Of a DNA stretch of 64,000 nucleotides, positions 26,792-39,373 are shown piece by piece (within the stretch, counting starts at the first letter, position 1; the number at the start of each line of letters is the position of its first letter). Source of the stretch: Squalus acanthias (lineage: Eukaryota). Under the pieces are notes generated by a model. The model was not told the origin of the DNA. It did no database searches and saw only the letters and a program-made list of their open reading frames with translations. A program made the position numbers and the translations under genes. The stretch spans positions 50,470,001 to 50,534,000 of the forward strand of contig CM059432.1 of assembly GCA_030390025.1 (NCBI GenBank), given 5' to 3'.

Positions 26792-27649
26792 GTGGCTACA
26801 GTTACAAGAGCTTGAAGACAAATTTTGTGATTTCTAATGACCCCAAACTCAGCTTCAGAAAGTCAAATCTGTTGGAAAATCTTGAAGTTTGACTTCAAGC
26901 TCAACTTCAATGAAATTCAAGTGATCCAGACCTTAACTCTAGTGAGTACAACAATTAGCAAGAAGAATAAATGAATTATAAATTAAAGGAAACATGTCAT
27001 TCACCTTACTACCTTCAGAAACAATAAACATTTCAAATGTGCAAACATCTTATGGAATATTGCAATGCATTATCACCATCTTTAAGGAATTAAATATGAA
27101 AAATATACTTTATATTCAGCTTTATTTTTTGCCAGCTGTATGATTAGTGTTATACCTGTTCACTAGTTTACACTGAGTTGTGAATGATCGATTTAGATAG
27201 ATTGTGCAAAAAAAAATATTCCATGTAAAACTATTTCATAACTGCATCTTGGTTGTCCATTCAGTAACTATTCCACAATGCCACTAATCCAGTTTTTAAA
27301 GCTAAATACTGCCATCTACTGTTCCATTTGATGCCTCTGCAGATCCAGGAAGATCTTTTCTGTATGACTGGAAAACGAAAGTGCAAGAAATAGTTCAGAT
27401 GCTCATAAATCCTTCTCCATCAGAAAACTATTCATGGTGGAAAAATCTGGATTTGGCCAAGTTTTTGCCCGTTCTTGTTATCCAACCCAATGTCAAACTA
27501 GGCAAAATTATTTTCCAATTTACCCAATAATTAGAGTGGATCCAAACAAATCATGGGTCCATCAACTCACTCACTGAGGGTCATTTTTACCTTCACCATT
27601 TGGGCAGTAAACTAGTGGAGCGGATCGCTCACCCACCTGCTGCCCCATT

Positions 27650-28190
27650 TAATTAGATTATCGCTGATCTGCACCTCAACTCCATTTTTCCACATTTGCT
27701 CCATATCCTTTCATATTCTTACCTAACAAAAATATATCTCAGTCTTAAAAGCTCCAATTGGCCCAGCATCCAAAGCCTTTTGGGGGCGAGAGTTCCACAT
27801 TTCTACGACCCTTTGTGTAAAAAACCGGTTCCTGATTTCACTCCTGAATGGCCAGCTGTAATTTTAAGATTATGTCCCCTTGTTTTTGACTCCCCGAACC
27901 AGAGGAAATAGTTTCTTCGTATATAAACTATCAAATCCTTTTAAACATTTTAAACACCTTCGATCAGATCACCCCTCAATCTCCTATAATCGAGGGAATA
28001 CAAGCCAGGTTTATGCAACCTTGTTGAGGTCCCAGAACACATCCCTGGGGAACACTACTTGTCACAACCCCCAATCAGAGTACATACCATTTATCCCCAC
28101 TCTCCATCTCCTACCTCACAACCAATTTTCAACCCAAGTCAAAAGGCTACTTCCAGTTCGTGCCCCCTCATTTTTGCTACTAATCTCTTG
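27650..28190 (-). mobile_element. Old CR1 LINE 3' fragment
   Basis: Degenerate reverse complement of CR1 3' end. Confidence 0.65.
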
Positions 28191-28332
28191 AACTCACCTG
28201 ATTTTAATTTCCATTAAAATCAGATTTTTGTTCCACAATGTGGAATATTTGAGCTACCTTTAGGTTTACATAAAAACAGAAAATGCTGGAAATACTCAGC
28301 AGGTCAGGCAGCATCTGTGGAGAGAGAAACAC

Positions 28333-28369
28333 AGTTAACGTTTCAGGTCGATGACCCTTCATCAGAACT
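28333..28369 (-). ncRNA. Minimal type I hammerhead ribozyme motif (PLE pLTR)
   Basis: AGTT-CTGATGA-AGGGTCATCGACCT-GAAA-CGTT-AACT: CUGANGA and GAAA core boxes, stem II, palindromic ACGT stem III. Confidence 0.75.
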
Positions 28370-28463
28370 GGAAAAAGCTGGAGATCGAACAGGTTTTTAA
28401 GCAAGTGCAGGGGCAGGGAAAGGGGGGAGGGGAGGAAAGAACAAAAGGGAAGGTCTGTGATAG

Positions 28464-28651
28464 GATGGAAGGCAGGAGAGATTAAGAGACATTGAGAGAT
28501 GGTGCAAGGCAAAGGGAGATGGTAATGGGACAAGTTAAGAAACAAAGGATGGCTCTAGATGGAAGGCAGGAGAGATTAAGAGACATTAAGAGATGGTGCA
28601 AGGCAAAAGGAGATGGTAATGGGACAAGTTAAGAAGCAAAAGATGGCTCTA
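28464..28651. repeat. 94-bp tandem duplication in the left PLE arm
   Basis: Units start 28464 and 28558, GATG microhomology; single copy in right arm. Confidence 0.9.
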
Positions 28652-28701
28652 GATGAAGTGTAAAAAAAAATGAATGGAAAAGAAAAGAATAGGGGCAGAG
28701 G

Positions 28702-30110
28702 TGTAGGGGGTGGTGGTTGTGTCAGCTTCACCTCTGACTTCTGAGCGGTTCGAATCGCTCCCACTCCCTTGGTTCTAGACCTTGGACTTATTTGGGGGTT
28801 GTGATAAAAAGGTGCAGCAGACAACTGAGTTTGATGCAAGGACTTTGATCTTTATTCAAGAAAGTAAAAACACAACACAAACACTCTTAACACTCTAAAG
28901 GTGGGGAACACTTCGGTACAAGCGAGGGAAATAACATTAGAAGAATACTTCACTCCTCCCAATCCCACTTCACTAGCTAGGTTGGACTCTGGAGAACCAG
29001 GGATAATGCTCACCAAACGAATCCTTGACGGTTTAGAGTTAGGGTTTAGAGTCTTTTGAGTAAAAGGTTTCGTAAGGCCCTTGTTGCTGCGAGGTGTCTG
29101 ATAGTCACTGGAACTGTTGCTCTGGTTTCTTCTTGCGTGTCAGCCTGCTTCTGGAGCTGTTGGCCTTCTTTGTTGAACTGTCCTCTTCAGAGCTGTGGAA
29201 TTGCCTTCTGCAGAACTGCTTGCTGAACTCCCTGCTGCTGTGTAACTCTACTGGAGAACTCAAACTTGAACTGTTGTGCTGGAGAACTGGAGAACTCCCT
29301 TCTTACTGAACTGTGATCTTTAACTGCCCAACTTGCTTCTCCTGAACTCTGTAACTCCAGCACTGACTTCTGCTGAAAACAGGCTTTCAATTGAACTCAA
29401 AACTGCAGAACTGCCTTCTGTTGAACTTGAACTGTTGTACCTGCTGAACTGACTTCTTTAGAAAACAGCCTTTCAATTATACTAATTGAAGCTTCCTTAT
29501 CAAAGCCAAATCAAATCCCGGTCATTGTAAGATTTTTGGAGGTCTCGTTAACAGTAACGACTTTACTAGCGTGTTAACTGGTTTTTGGGATGGCTTGCGT
29601 CCTGTCGATCTCCTTGGTTGATTACAGTTGATTGGTTTGTAAATATGTGAAGTGGTTTTCGGGATGGCTCCATCCTGTCGATCTGTTTGCTTAATCGGAG
29701 TTTGAATTGTCCTCATGTTTTGGGTTTCTTGACTGGGCCTAGGACTTCTATAGAGTATCTGTTTTATGCATGTCTTTAATGGGTTCTGTAAATTGGGGTG
29801 GAGACTGCTCTTCCGTGGGTCTATTGTTAAAATGTTAATGTCTGCTGGGGCTTGAGTGAGGTCACCCCGGTTCCCCAGACAGTGTAATTAGCTGCAATAT
29901 CCAAAACCTGCTTTTACAGAGGTCGCCCCCACCTTCCTTCACAGCCTTTTCTCCCTTACAAGTCCAGACATGTCTTTTAAAAATGCCAAAACTTGGTTTT
30001 TGGTCTTAAATTCCTTAGGTTAGGCCCAAATGCATTTTTATCACTCTGAGGTAGTTCCAAAGTCCTTTTTCCTTAGGTTTTGGGGATCTGCAAATTTTGG
30101 AAACCTTACA
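28702..30110 (-). mobile_element. Solo LTR, family B (1409 bp), inserted just after the PLE stop codon
   Basis: TGTAGG...CCTTACA; 4-bp TSD GAGG (28698-28701 / 30111-30114); AATAAA on - near 28851-28856; internal GAACTG-rich repeats 29100-29480. Confidence 0.85.
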
Positions 30111-30114
30111 GAGG

Positions 30115-31858
30115 TTATGGTCTGAAATTGTTGAACTCTATGTTGAGTCCAGAAGGCTGTAAAGTGCCTAATCGAAAGATGAGATGCTGTTCCTCGAGCT
30201 TACGTTGAGCTTCATTGGAACAGTGCAAGAGGCCAAGGACAGAGAGGTCAGAGTGGGAGTGGAGCGGAGAATTAAAGTGACAGGTGACCGAAAGCTCGGG
30301 GTCACCCTTACAGACTGAACGGAGGTGTTCCGCAAAGCGGTCACCCAATCTGCGTTTGGTCTCCCCAGTGTAGAGGAGACCGCATCATGAACAGCGAATA
30401 CAGTATACTAAATTGCAAGAAGTAAATCGCTGTTTCACCTGGAAGGAGTGTTTGGGGCCCTGGACAGTGAGAAGGGTGGACGTAAAAGGGCATGTGTTGC
30501 ATCTCCAGTGCTTGCACGGGAAGGTGCCGGGCGAAGGGGAAGGGGTGTTGGGGGTGATAGAGGAGTGGACCAGGGTGTCGTGGAGGGAGCGGTCCCTTCG
30601 GAATGCTGAAAGGGGAGGTGAGGGGAAGATGTGTTTGGTGGTGGGATCACGCTGGAGGTGGAGGAAATGGCGGAGGATGATCCGTTGAATGTGGAGGCTG
30701 GTGGGGTGAAAGGTGAGGACAAGGGGAACTCTATCGTAGTTCCGGGAGGGAGGCGAAGGGATAAGAGCAGAAGTGCGGGAAATAGAATGGACACGGTCAC
30801 GGGCCATGTCAACCACAGTAGAGGAGAATGCTCGGTTGAGGAAAAAGGAAGACATGTCGGAAGTACTAGTATGGAAGGTGGCATCGTCAGAGCAGATGCG
30901 GCGGAGACGGAGAAACTGGGAGAATGGAATAGAGTCCTTACAGGAAGCAGGGTGGGAGGAAGTGTAGTCCAGGTAGCTGTGGGAGTCAGTGGGCTTGTAG
31001 TGAATGTTTGTCAAGAGAAGTCGAGGAAGGGAAGGAAAGAGTCGGAGATGGACCATGTGAAGGTGAGGGAAGGGTGGAAATTGGAAGCAAAGTAAATGTA
31101 ATTTTCTAGTTCAGGGCGAGAGCAGGAAACAGCACCGATAGAGTCATCAATGTATCGGAAAAAGAGGTGAGGGAGGGGACCTGAGTAGGACTGGAACAAA
31201 GAATGTTCCACGAAAAGGCAGGCATAGCTGTGACCCATGCGGGTTCCCATAGCAACACCTTTAATTTGGAGGAAGTGAGTGGAGTCAAAGGAGAAGTTGT
31301 TCAATGTGAGAACAAGTTCAGCCAGGCGGAGGAGGGTGGTGGTGGATGGGGATTGGTTGGGCCTCTGTTCAAGGAAGAAGCGGAGCGCCCTCAGGCCATC
31401 CTGGTGGGGGATGGAGGTGTAGAGGGATTGGACGTCCATAGTGAAAAGGAGACGGTTGGGGCCAGGAAACTGGAAACTGTTAAAGTGACGGAGAGTGTTG
31501 GAAGAGTCGCGGATGTAGGTGGGAAGAGACTGGACAAGGGGAGAAAAAATAGAGTCGAGATAGGAAGAGATAAGTTCCGTGGGGCAAAAACAGGCTGAAA
31601 CGATGGGTCTACCAGGGCAGTCCTGTTTGTGGATCTTGGGAAGGAGGTAGAAGCAGGTTGTGCGGGGGTGGGGAATTATGAGGTTGGCGGCCTGGAGGGA
31701 CGATCTCCAGAGGAGATGAGGTCAGTGACGGCCTTGGAAATGGTGGTTTGATGTTCAGTCATGGGGGTCATGTTCCAGGCGGAGGTAGGAGGAGGTGTCG
31801 GAGAGTTGGCGTTCAGTCTCCGCTAGGTAGAGGTCGGTTCGCCAAACAACAACAGCAC
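30115..31858 (-). pseudogene. Penelope RT plus GIY-YIG endonuclease ORF, frameshifted
   Basis: MDVQSLYTSIPH, GVAMGTRMG, FRYIDD, YKPTDSHSYL..SSHP, C..RC.TC, NLVYCIRC, RFAEHL, LQPSGLN; stop at 30115-30117. Confidence 0.92.
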
Positions 31859-32351
31859 CTCCCCGCCTTTCCCTGCCCCTGCACTTGCTTAAAAACCTGT
31901 TCGATCTCCGGCTTTTTCCAGTACTGACGCAGAGTCATCAACCTGAAACGTTAACTCTGTTAAAGATCAAAGTTCTTGCATCAAACTTAGTTGTCTGCTG
32001 CACCTTTTTATCACAACCCCCAAATAAGTCCAAGGTCTAGAACCAAGGGAGTGGGAGCGATTCGAACCGTTCAGAAGTCAGAGGTGAAGCTGATACAAAC
32101 CACCACTCCCTACACCTCTGCCCCTATTCTTTTCTTTTCTATTCATTTTTTTTTACACTTCATCTAGAGCCATCTTTTGTTTCTTAACTTGTCCCATTAC
32201 CATCTCCTTTTGCCTTGCACCATCTCTTAATGTCTCTTAATCTGTCCTGCCTTCCATCCTATCACAGACCTTCCCTTTTGTTCTTCCTCCCCTCCCCCCT
32301 TTCCCTGCCCCTGCACTTGCTTAAAAACCTGTTCAATCTCCAGCTTTTTCC

Positions 32352-32388
32352 AGTTCTGACGAAGGGTCATCGACCTGAAACGTTAACT
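32352..32388 (+). ncRNA. Minimal type I hammerhead ribozyme motif (inverted PLE arm)
   Basis: AGTT-CTGACGA-AGGGTCATCGACCT-GAAA-CGTT-AACT. Confidence 0.75.
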
Positions 32389-32565
32389 CTGTTTCTCTCT
32401 CCACAGATGCTGCCTGACCTGCTGAGTATTTCCAGCATTTTCTGTTTTTATTTCAGATTTCCAGCATTCGCAGTATTTTGCTTTTGTATTTAGGTTTACA
32501 CGGTTAGTTTTGCTGCACAAACCATCTAAGCTTGCGTAATGAGTCTTATTTTTCATAGAATCATA

Positions 32566-33236
32566 GGCCTAAAAATTCGGTTTCTTTGCGCCTAAGAGGG
32601 TGCTAAGGGGGGCAAAGCAACTAGAGCCTGGGCGCGAAAGTTCAGCGGGAGGTTAGCGGCAGAGGTAACCATTAGCGCCCCGCGGCGCTGCGCTACCGGC
32701 GATGACGTCATCGCCGTGCGCAGCGCCCCGCCCGCGATCTTCGGTAGCACCCCGACCTACCACCGGACGCTATGTCCGACAGGGTCAGGGGGGCCTGCCT
32801 GCGGCCGGGGTGGCGCAAATTAAAGGGGAGGTGCCAGGCGGCCATTTTTCTTGCTGGCCGCCTGCCAGCACCTGCCCCCATTGCCGTCCCCAGGCCTCCT
32901 GAGCAACACACCCGCGTAGTGCCAGCTGTGCTCCATGAGCCCGGCACTTCTCTCGAGTGCCGGGCTCTTTTGCCGGCACTCCGATCCCTGGTGGCCCAGC
33001 TGGGCCCCACGTCGTGCTGTGCAAGGCCCCTCCCCTTTACGAAGGGGAGGAAGGCCTGCAGTACTGCGGCGCAACGCCCCAAGAGGGAGGCAGGGCGCTT
33101 CCAGTAGCACCCCAGTTCCCTCTTGGGGCGCTACTGGTGAATTTCGGCCATGGGGGTGCTAATTATTTCGGGATGCTAAAAGTAGCGCCCCGACGAAGTT
33201 AGCGCCCCAAAGGGGGCTCGACTCAATTTTTCCCCC
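32566..33236. mobile_element. Harbinger-type MITE inserted in a CR1 tail
   Basis: Ends GGCCTAAAAATT / AATTTTTCCCCC; 3-bp TSD ATA; GC-rich AGCGCC motifs as in 23544-24439. Confidence 0.8.
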
Positions 33237-33432
33237 ATAGAATCTTACAGCACAGAAGGCGGCCATTCGGTCCATCGTACTTGTTCCAGCTCTTTGAAAG
33301 AGCTATCCAATTAGTCCCACTCCCGCGCTATTTCCCCATAGCCCTGGACTTTTTTTCCTTTCAAGTATATATCCAATTCCCTTTTGAAAGTTAATATTGA
33401 ATCTGCTTCCACCACTTTTTCAGGCAGTGCAT
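33237..33432 (-). mobile_element. CR1 3' end
   Basis: (CATAGAAT)n tail continuing from 32552-32565; similar to 45150-45355. Confidence 0.8.
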
Positions 33433-33589
33433 TTTTGTTGAATTATAACTTTTGTGAAGCCAAAATTATTTCCACTGGTGGTCTTTTCTAGTGATGAGTG
33501 ACACAGCAGAGAATGGGAGACAGAATTTTCTTTGAAAACAGATGAAATTTCTGCCTATATCCCCTTTCTGTGCATAATCTGGACAATCA

Positions 33590-33935
33590 TATGTGGTGTT
33601 TAACACGGAGGAGTATTGATTCATCAGCTGAGGAAGGGCGGTAGGTGGTAATCAGCAGGTTTCCTTCCCCGTGTTTGACCTGATGCAATGAGACTCCACT
33701 GTGTCCAGAGTCAATGTTGAGGACTCCCAGGGCCACTCCCTCCCTACTGTATATTACTGTGCCACTGGTGGTGGGACAGGACATACCCAGGGATGGTGAT
33801 GGAGGAGTCTGGCACATTGGCTGATAGGTATGATTCTGAATATGACTATGTCAGGCTGTTGCTTGACTAGCCTGTGGAACAGCTCTCCCAATTTTGGCAC
33901 AAGTCCCCAGATGTTAGTGAGGAGGACTGGGCTGG
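33590..33935 (-). mobile_element. LINE endonuclease fragment (probably same lineage as 57160-58596)
   Basis: REGVALGVLNIDSG, LLITTYRP on -. Confidence 0.6.
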
Positions 33936-33959
33936 GTGTGCCTTTGTCAATGCCGGGTG

Positions 33960-34303
33960 ATCTGTCAGTTTTATTCTTATTATAGTTTTTCGTAGCTGTT
34001 TGATATAACTGAGTGGTTGACGGTTAAGAATCAACCATGTTGCCGTGGGTCTGGAGTCACATATTGGCCAAACCGGATAAGGACGGCAGATTTCCTGCCC
34101 TAAAGGGCATGCGTGAACCAGATGTTGATCCGGTTGTTTCATGGTCACCATTACTGATACTAGCCTTTTATTCCAGATTTATTTAATTAACTGAATTTAA
34201 ATTCCCCAGCTGCCATGGTGGGATTTGTACTCATGTCTCCAGATCATTAGTCCAGGTCTCTGGATTATTAGTCCAGTAACATAACCACTATGCTACCGTA
34301 CCC
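33960..34303 (-). mobile_element. tRNA-derived SINE, family 2 (5' part)
   Basis: Reverse complement of 60228-60520; head GGTAGCATAGTGGTTATGTTACTGGAC. Confidence 0.75.
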
Positions 34304-34309
34304 ATATCT

Positions 34310-34938
34310 GTGGAGTCTGTGAGCAGGTAAAGCAGCAAGGATGCTCTTCGACCAATCATATTGAATAATCCTCACTGAGGCACGCAGACTGCAAAGCAGG
34401 AAGTAAAAAAACAGGAAATATAAATTATATTTAAATCATTGTTCAGGAAGTGAAATTAAGAAAGGGACATACACATGGGATTAAGGGAGAGACATAACGG
34501 AGAAAAACAGAAAAACTAAACACCAATTTTTTATTTTTTTTTAAATCTACAACATTAATTTTCTTCTGAGGGAATGAGGCTCCACTTTTAAAATTAATTT
34601 TTCAGGGCCAGAGAGGTTGTTTAGCAATAATTGTCACTTATTACACTGTTAAAAACTTAGTTACTCCTGATTGCACTAGCACTAACTTTTTCATCTGTCT
34701 TTAGTGCGAGACTAGTGGGTAATTACCATAAGTTCACGCCATTACTGTGATTTCTGTGCAGATTCCATCGGCGAAGACTGCAACAGTGCACCCTGTGGAG
34801 GAGCAGGGTATCACTGACAGCAACTTCCGGGTTTCTGCATTTAACTGCGCATGTGCAGACACCAGAAGTTGCTGTCATTTTTACCCTGTAATAACGGTGA
34901 GCACTGACAGCTGTTATTAGTGCAGCAAAATCTGGGTC
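34310..34938. mobile_element. Degenerate Harbinger-type MITE
   Basis: AT-rich core and subterminal palindrome GCAACTTCCGG...CCAGAAGTTGC resembling 13080-13820; right end AAAATCTGGGTC. Confidence 0.5.
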
Positions 34939-34939
34939 A

Positions 34940-36035
34940 TTATTCAGGTCAATGACCATTGATCAGAACTGGAAGATGTTAGAGATGAACAGATTTTAAG
35001 CAAGCACAGAGCCATGGCAAGGGGAAAGGAATAAAAAGAAAGAAAGACTTGCATTTATATAGCGCCTTTCATGACCACCGGACGTCTCAAAGCGCTTTAC
35101 AGCCAATGAAGTACTTTTGGAGAGTAGTCACTTGTAATGTGGGAAACGCGGCAGCCAATTTGTGTACATCAAGCTCACACAAACAGCAATGTGATAATGA
35201 CCAGATAATCTGTTTTTTAGTGATGTTGATTGAGGGATAAATATTGGCCAGGACACCGGGGATAGCTCCCCTGCTCTTCTTCGAAATTGTGCCATGGGAT
35301 CTTTTACGTCCACCTGAGAGAGCAGATGGGGCCTCGGTTTAACATCTCATCTGAAAGACGGATTTAGAACAAAATGGAAAGATCAGTGATAAGGGGGAGA
35401 GCAGAAGTGATTAAACGTTGGTGTAAGGCAAAATAAAGTGATAATGGGACAAGTATAGAGACAAAAGAGCTTCATTGCAACAATGTAGGAGGCCAAGGGC
35501 AGACAGTGGGAGTGGAATGGAGAATTAACGTGGCAAGCGACTGAAGTTCAGGGTCACCAATGCAAACTGAACAGAGGTGTTCAGTAAAGCAATCACCGAA
35601 TCTACGTTTTGTCTCTTCAATGTAGAGGAGACCACACCGTGAACAGCGAACAATAAGTTGGAAAAAGTGCAAGTAAATCGCTGTTTCACCCGGAAGGAGT
35701 GTTTGAGGCCTAGACGGTGGGACGGAAAGAGGTGAAATGGCCATTGTTGCATCTCCTGCGCTTGCATGGGAAGATGTCGGGGGGAGTGGAACAAGTGTTG
35801 GGGGTGATGGAAGAGTGGAGCAGGGTGTCACGGAGGGAACGGTCCCTTTGGAATGCTGAAAAGGCAGGGGAGGGGAAGATGTGTTTGCTGGTGGCATCAT
35901 GGTGGAGGTGGCAGTGGATGATCCGTTGAATGTGGAGGCTGGTGGGGTGGAAGGCGAGGACAAGGGGGACCCTATCATGGTTCTGAGAAGGCAGGGAAGG
36001 GGTGAGGGCGGACGTCTTGGGGAAATGGAACGGAC
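34940..36035 (-). mobile_element. Penelope-like 3' fragment (GIY-YIG plus pLTR) interrupted by a SINE
   Basis: Similar to 30200-30760 and 28340-28640; RCSRCGLLYIEETKRRFGD.F.EHL. Confidence 0.82.
35033..35360 (-). mobile_element. Deu-domain SINE (SacSINE1-like), 5'-truncated
   Basis: Near-identical to 26321-26645. Confidence 0.85.
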
Positions 36036-36119
36036 AAATACTCCTTTCGGGTGAAATAGAGATTTAGCTGTGCCTCACTCTCGACTCTCGACAAAATCTA
36101 GGCTTGACAATCAAGTCCA

Positions 36120-36371
36120 GTAGAGGAAGAGCAGGGGAGATCTCCCCGGTCTCCTGGCCAATATTTATCCCTCAACCAACATCACTAAAACAGATTATCT
36201 GGCCATTATCATATTGTTGTTTGTGGGACCTTGCTACGTGCAAATTGGCTTCCGCGTTTCCTATATGACAACATTGACTCCACTTCAAAAGTACTTCATT
36301 GTCTGTAAAGCGCTTTGGGACATCCTGAGGGTGTGAAAGGTGCTACATAAATCCAAGTTCTTTCTTTCTTT
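36120..36371 (+). mobile_element. Deu-domain SINE 3' part
   Basis: Deu-like core plus L2-like tail. Confidence 0.8.
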
Positions 36372-38596
36372 GAGCTCTATTCTTCAGCCTTACTTGTACA
36401 CAAATTTGCTGGCAACTGAAGGGCCCAAATTCTTCATGTGCACTCCTGGTGCTAACTGAGGAGAATCGACGTGGTATGATAATCGTTCAGTCCTGCCACC
36501 CGACATTCCACCCACGCCCACCGGCCAGCCACTGCTTCCCACCAGTTTCAGGCAGGAGACTGATGGGGCCTTTGCAGTTGAGGCCCGGGAGTTAAAATCA
36601 TCTCCCGGGCGTCACGCTGCCGAGGTCAGGATGGTTTCCCATCTACCTTGGTCCCACCCACCGACTCCCATCCTGAGTTAGGATTGGGGCTATTATACCA
36701 ACATTAGCACTTCCTAGTTAAAGTAGATACTAGGTGTCATTAATATGGAATCTGGCCATCTCCTACCATTGAGTGTTTGCTCTGTTTTTGATTGACAGTT
36801 CTGTATCCAGGGGCAGCTGAGGTTGGGAATAAATATGACAGCTACTGCCAGTCATGTGATTCACTGTTCAGCTCTATGTCACATTTGTGGGCTGAAGTTC
36901 CATGGTGTCTAAAAGCCCATGTATGTTTTATAACCTCCATTAAAGGACCCTGGAAAAAAAATGACTAAGAATCCTCGAGCCGTTTTTTATGTTGAACTCA
37001 AAAGATAGCTTAATGTGCCAATGAAAGTTAAGTAATATCTTGATGTCTAATATGCTGATTTATTCTTGCTTCAGTATTTCTACTTCTACTACAATAAACT
37101 TGAATTACTAGATTTACATTAAGCTACATGTTCTGCCAGCATGGTGTTTTTCCTCAGAGTTAAAGAAACCAGGATTATACAGTGGCATCTTACACTATTT
37201 CCAGTGCATACCCCAATGGTATAAGGATTCATTGTTCTGCACTCGTGTGAGCAGGACGGCTCAGTTTTACAGATGTGGCACCATGAGACACATCATCATC
37301 CGTGCCAATACCCGCTATTCCCTTACTGCTGAGCACTCCCTCAGCATGTTCAATGATCTGCGTGGGACCAGGTTTCAAAGCACTTTGAAAGCTATCTTAT
37401 TAAGATCAGAAAGAAAAACAACTGAAATCGCAACACTTTCACAACTCATTATACTATACAACTCAGATCATATATTCAGAATATAACTGTTTACACTAAA
37501 TAAGTTATTTACACATAGTGTAATTCCACAATCCAGCACTCCTAGCATGAAGCCCTGCTCAAAGGGTGCACAGTTTGGATAATCAGGGCTAAAATGTTGC
37601 CCCAAATTCAGTCTTGTCTGGATATACCATGGCGCGGAATCAGATTGAGACAGCCATAATAGAGGGCTTCAACAGCCTCATTGCTGCCAACCAGCCTGCT
37701 TCAGAACCTGAAAATAGAGCGTGATGCCCAGAGGAACACCCATAGGTCATCTCCAAGTAGCACACAATGACCTGGGGAAGCAGGCACAGTTAACAGAAAT
37801 GGTGTAGCTTTAAGAAACTGTCAGTAAGGCTCCAATAAGTTTCACTAATTTCCTTTCTCCCTCAACAGCACTAAAGTACAAAAGCAGTGACTAGTTAAGG
37901 TGCAAGTTACATTCAGGCACAGATAATAATATCCTTGTCTATTACAGATTAGTGTAACAATATTGGACTCTGCTGTACTATTTTCTTCTTCAATGGCTTG
38001 TCAACTATTTCCTAAGTAATTCATATCCCTGTCAATCTAAAATCTACATATTTTCACTTTCTGTCCAGGGATTAACAATTAACCCAATTCCACTACTGCT
38101 GCTGGATTGAATGCAGCTTCATGCTTCACTCCCAATCTCATTTCAGATGGATGGAAAATATTACATACAAATCAGAAATTCTGAAACAACTAGTCAAATG
38201 TATTTACAAAATCAAGCCATGAAGTTCCGCAGATTAGACTAGCACTAGACAACTATCATTTATAACACAGGGTTCATCACAGCTCTCATCAGCACTTATG
38301 CAGTAGTTAGAACAGTCTCTTGGAATAAGCCAAATCTGTAGTACTGCACAGTAAATTACATTCCTGACTTCTCTTGCCCTTTGATAACAGAAAATAGTTT
38401 TAAGCCATATCCCTCAGGATTTATGTGGAATGCATAAATGTTCAGTGAGCTCTTTAATCTGAACATACTTCAGAATCCAACTAGAACTAAAAAATCTGCA
38501 GGTGGATCTCAAATCTGGGCACCCTCCCACCACATGCTGAGCCAAAATCAGTTTTCACCCCACCCACAAACAGGAACTACCCCTCCCACTCCCTAC

Positions 38597-39373
38597 TGTA
38601 AGAAATAGCTGTTAGATTCAAAGATGGGTTTTAATTCTTAGAACAGAGACTGACAACATGCAGCCGGGAACAGATAGCAGAAATGCCAGCAAGGTCGAAT
38701 ATCAAGCATCAAAAGACAAATAGAAGCGATAAGGGAATCGTACAATGCAAAACAACACAGGGTGGGGGATAATAGACAAAAATGGAGCCGAAAGTCATAA
38801 AATGTCCTTAAAGAAACATAACAAAACATTCCTCAGAAAGATAAGAGGGAGGCCTCGTCAGCCATGCAGAAAGGGACGGTGAGGGATGCCTTCCCGCTTC
38901 ACAATTGGACAATAGGATGGGGGATCAACTGATTGACACCAGGTGATTACCAGCCCACCGAAATAACTATAAATATAGATGACCGAGAGAGGAAATCAGG
39001 CAGTTAGGGGCGAAGGCTTCCCCGAGGTGGCTACGGCCTAACACTTTGGTCAAGTTTAGCCTCTGAGGTGGCTGACGGCCTAACACCTCCAACAGCTCGA
39101 GAGATGACCCAACAGAAGTGACCGCTGCAGCAGACTGCAGGAATCCACCCAATCCGAGACCACCGTACTGCCTCACCGTCCGTCCAGTCGTGGCATTCCG
39201 ATTCGGGAGTCGTAGCTCGCTCTCTACTGTCACGGGTTGTATGTCTATTATACTCAGCTTAAACCATATGTCATATCTGATTATGCTTTAAAACTGTAGC
39301 TCTTTAATAAAAGCCTTGCAACTGCTAAAACCCTTTGGGTAATCTGTGTGTGGCCTGTGATCCTAATCTTACA
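38597..39373 (+). mobile_element. Solo LTR, family C (777 bp)
   Basis: 7-bp inverted termini TGTAAGA / TCTTACA; 4-bp TSD CTAC (38593-38596 / 39374-39377); TATAAATA ~38968; AATAAA ~39306. Confidence 0.9.

Larger units (their letters stand above)
28271..32488 (-). mobile_element. Penelope-like element (RT plus GIY-YIG, 5'-truncated) with inverted pLTR arms and a nested solo LTR
   Basis: 12-bp TSD TTTAGGTTTACA (28259-28270 / 32489-32500); arms ~28271-28853 and ~31961-32488 are inverted repeats. Confidence 0.9.

Noticed and set aside
27340..27530. ~60-codon open frame after CTGCAG
   Set aside because: Weak acceptor, unrecognised peptide, length within chance.
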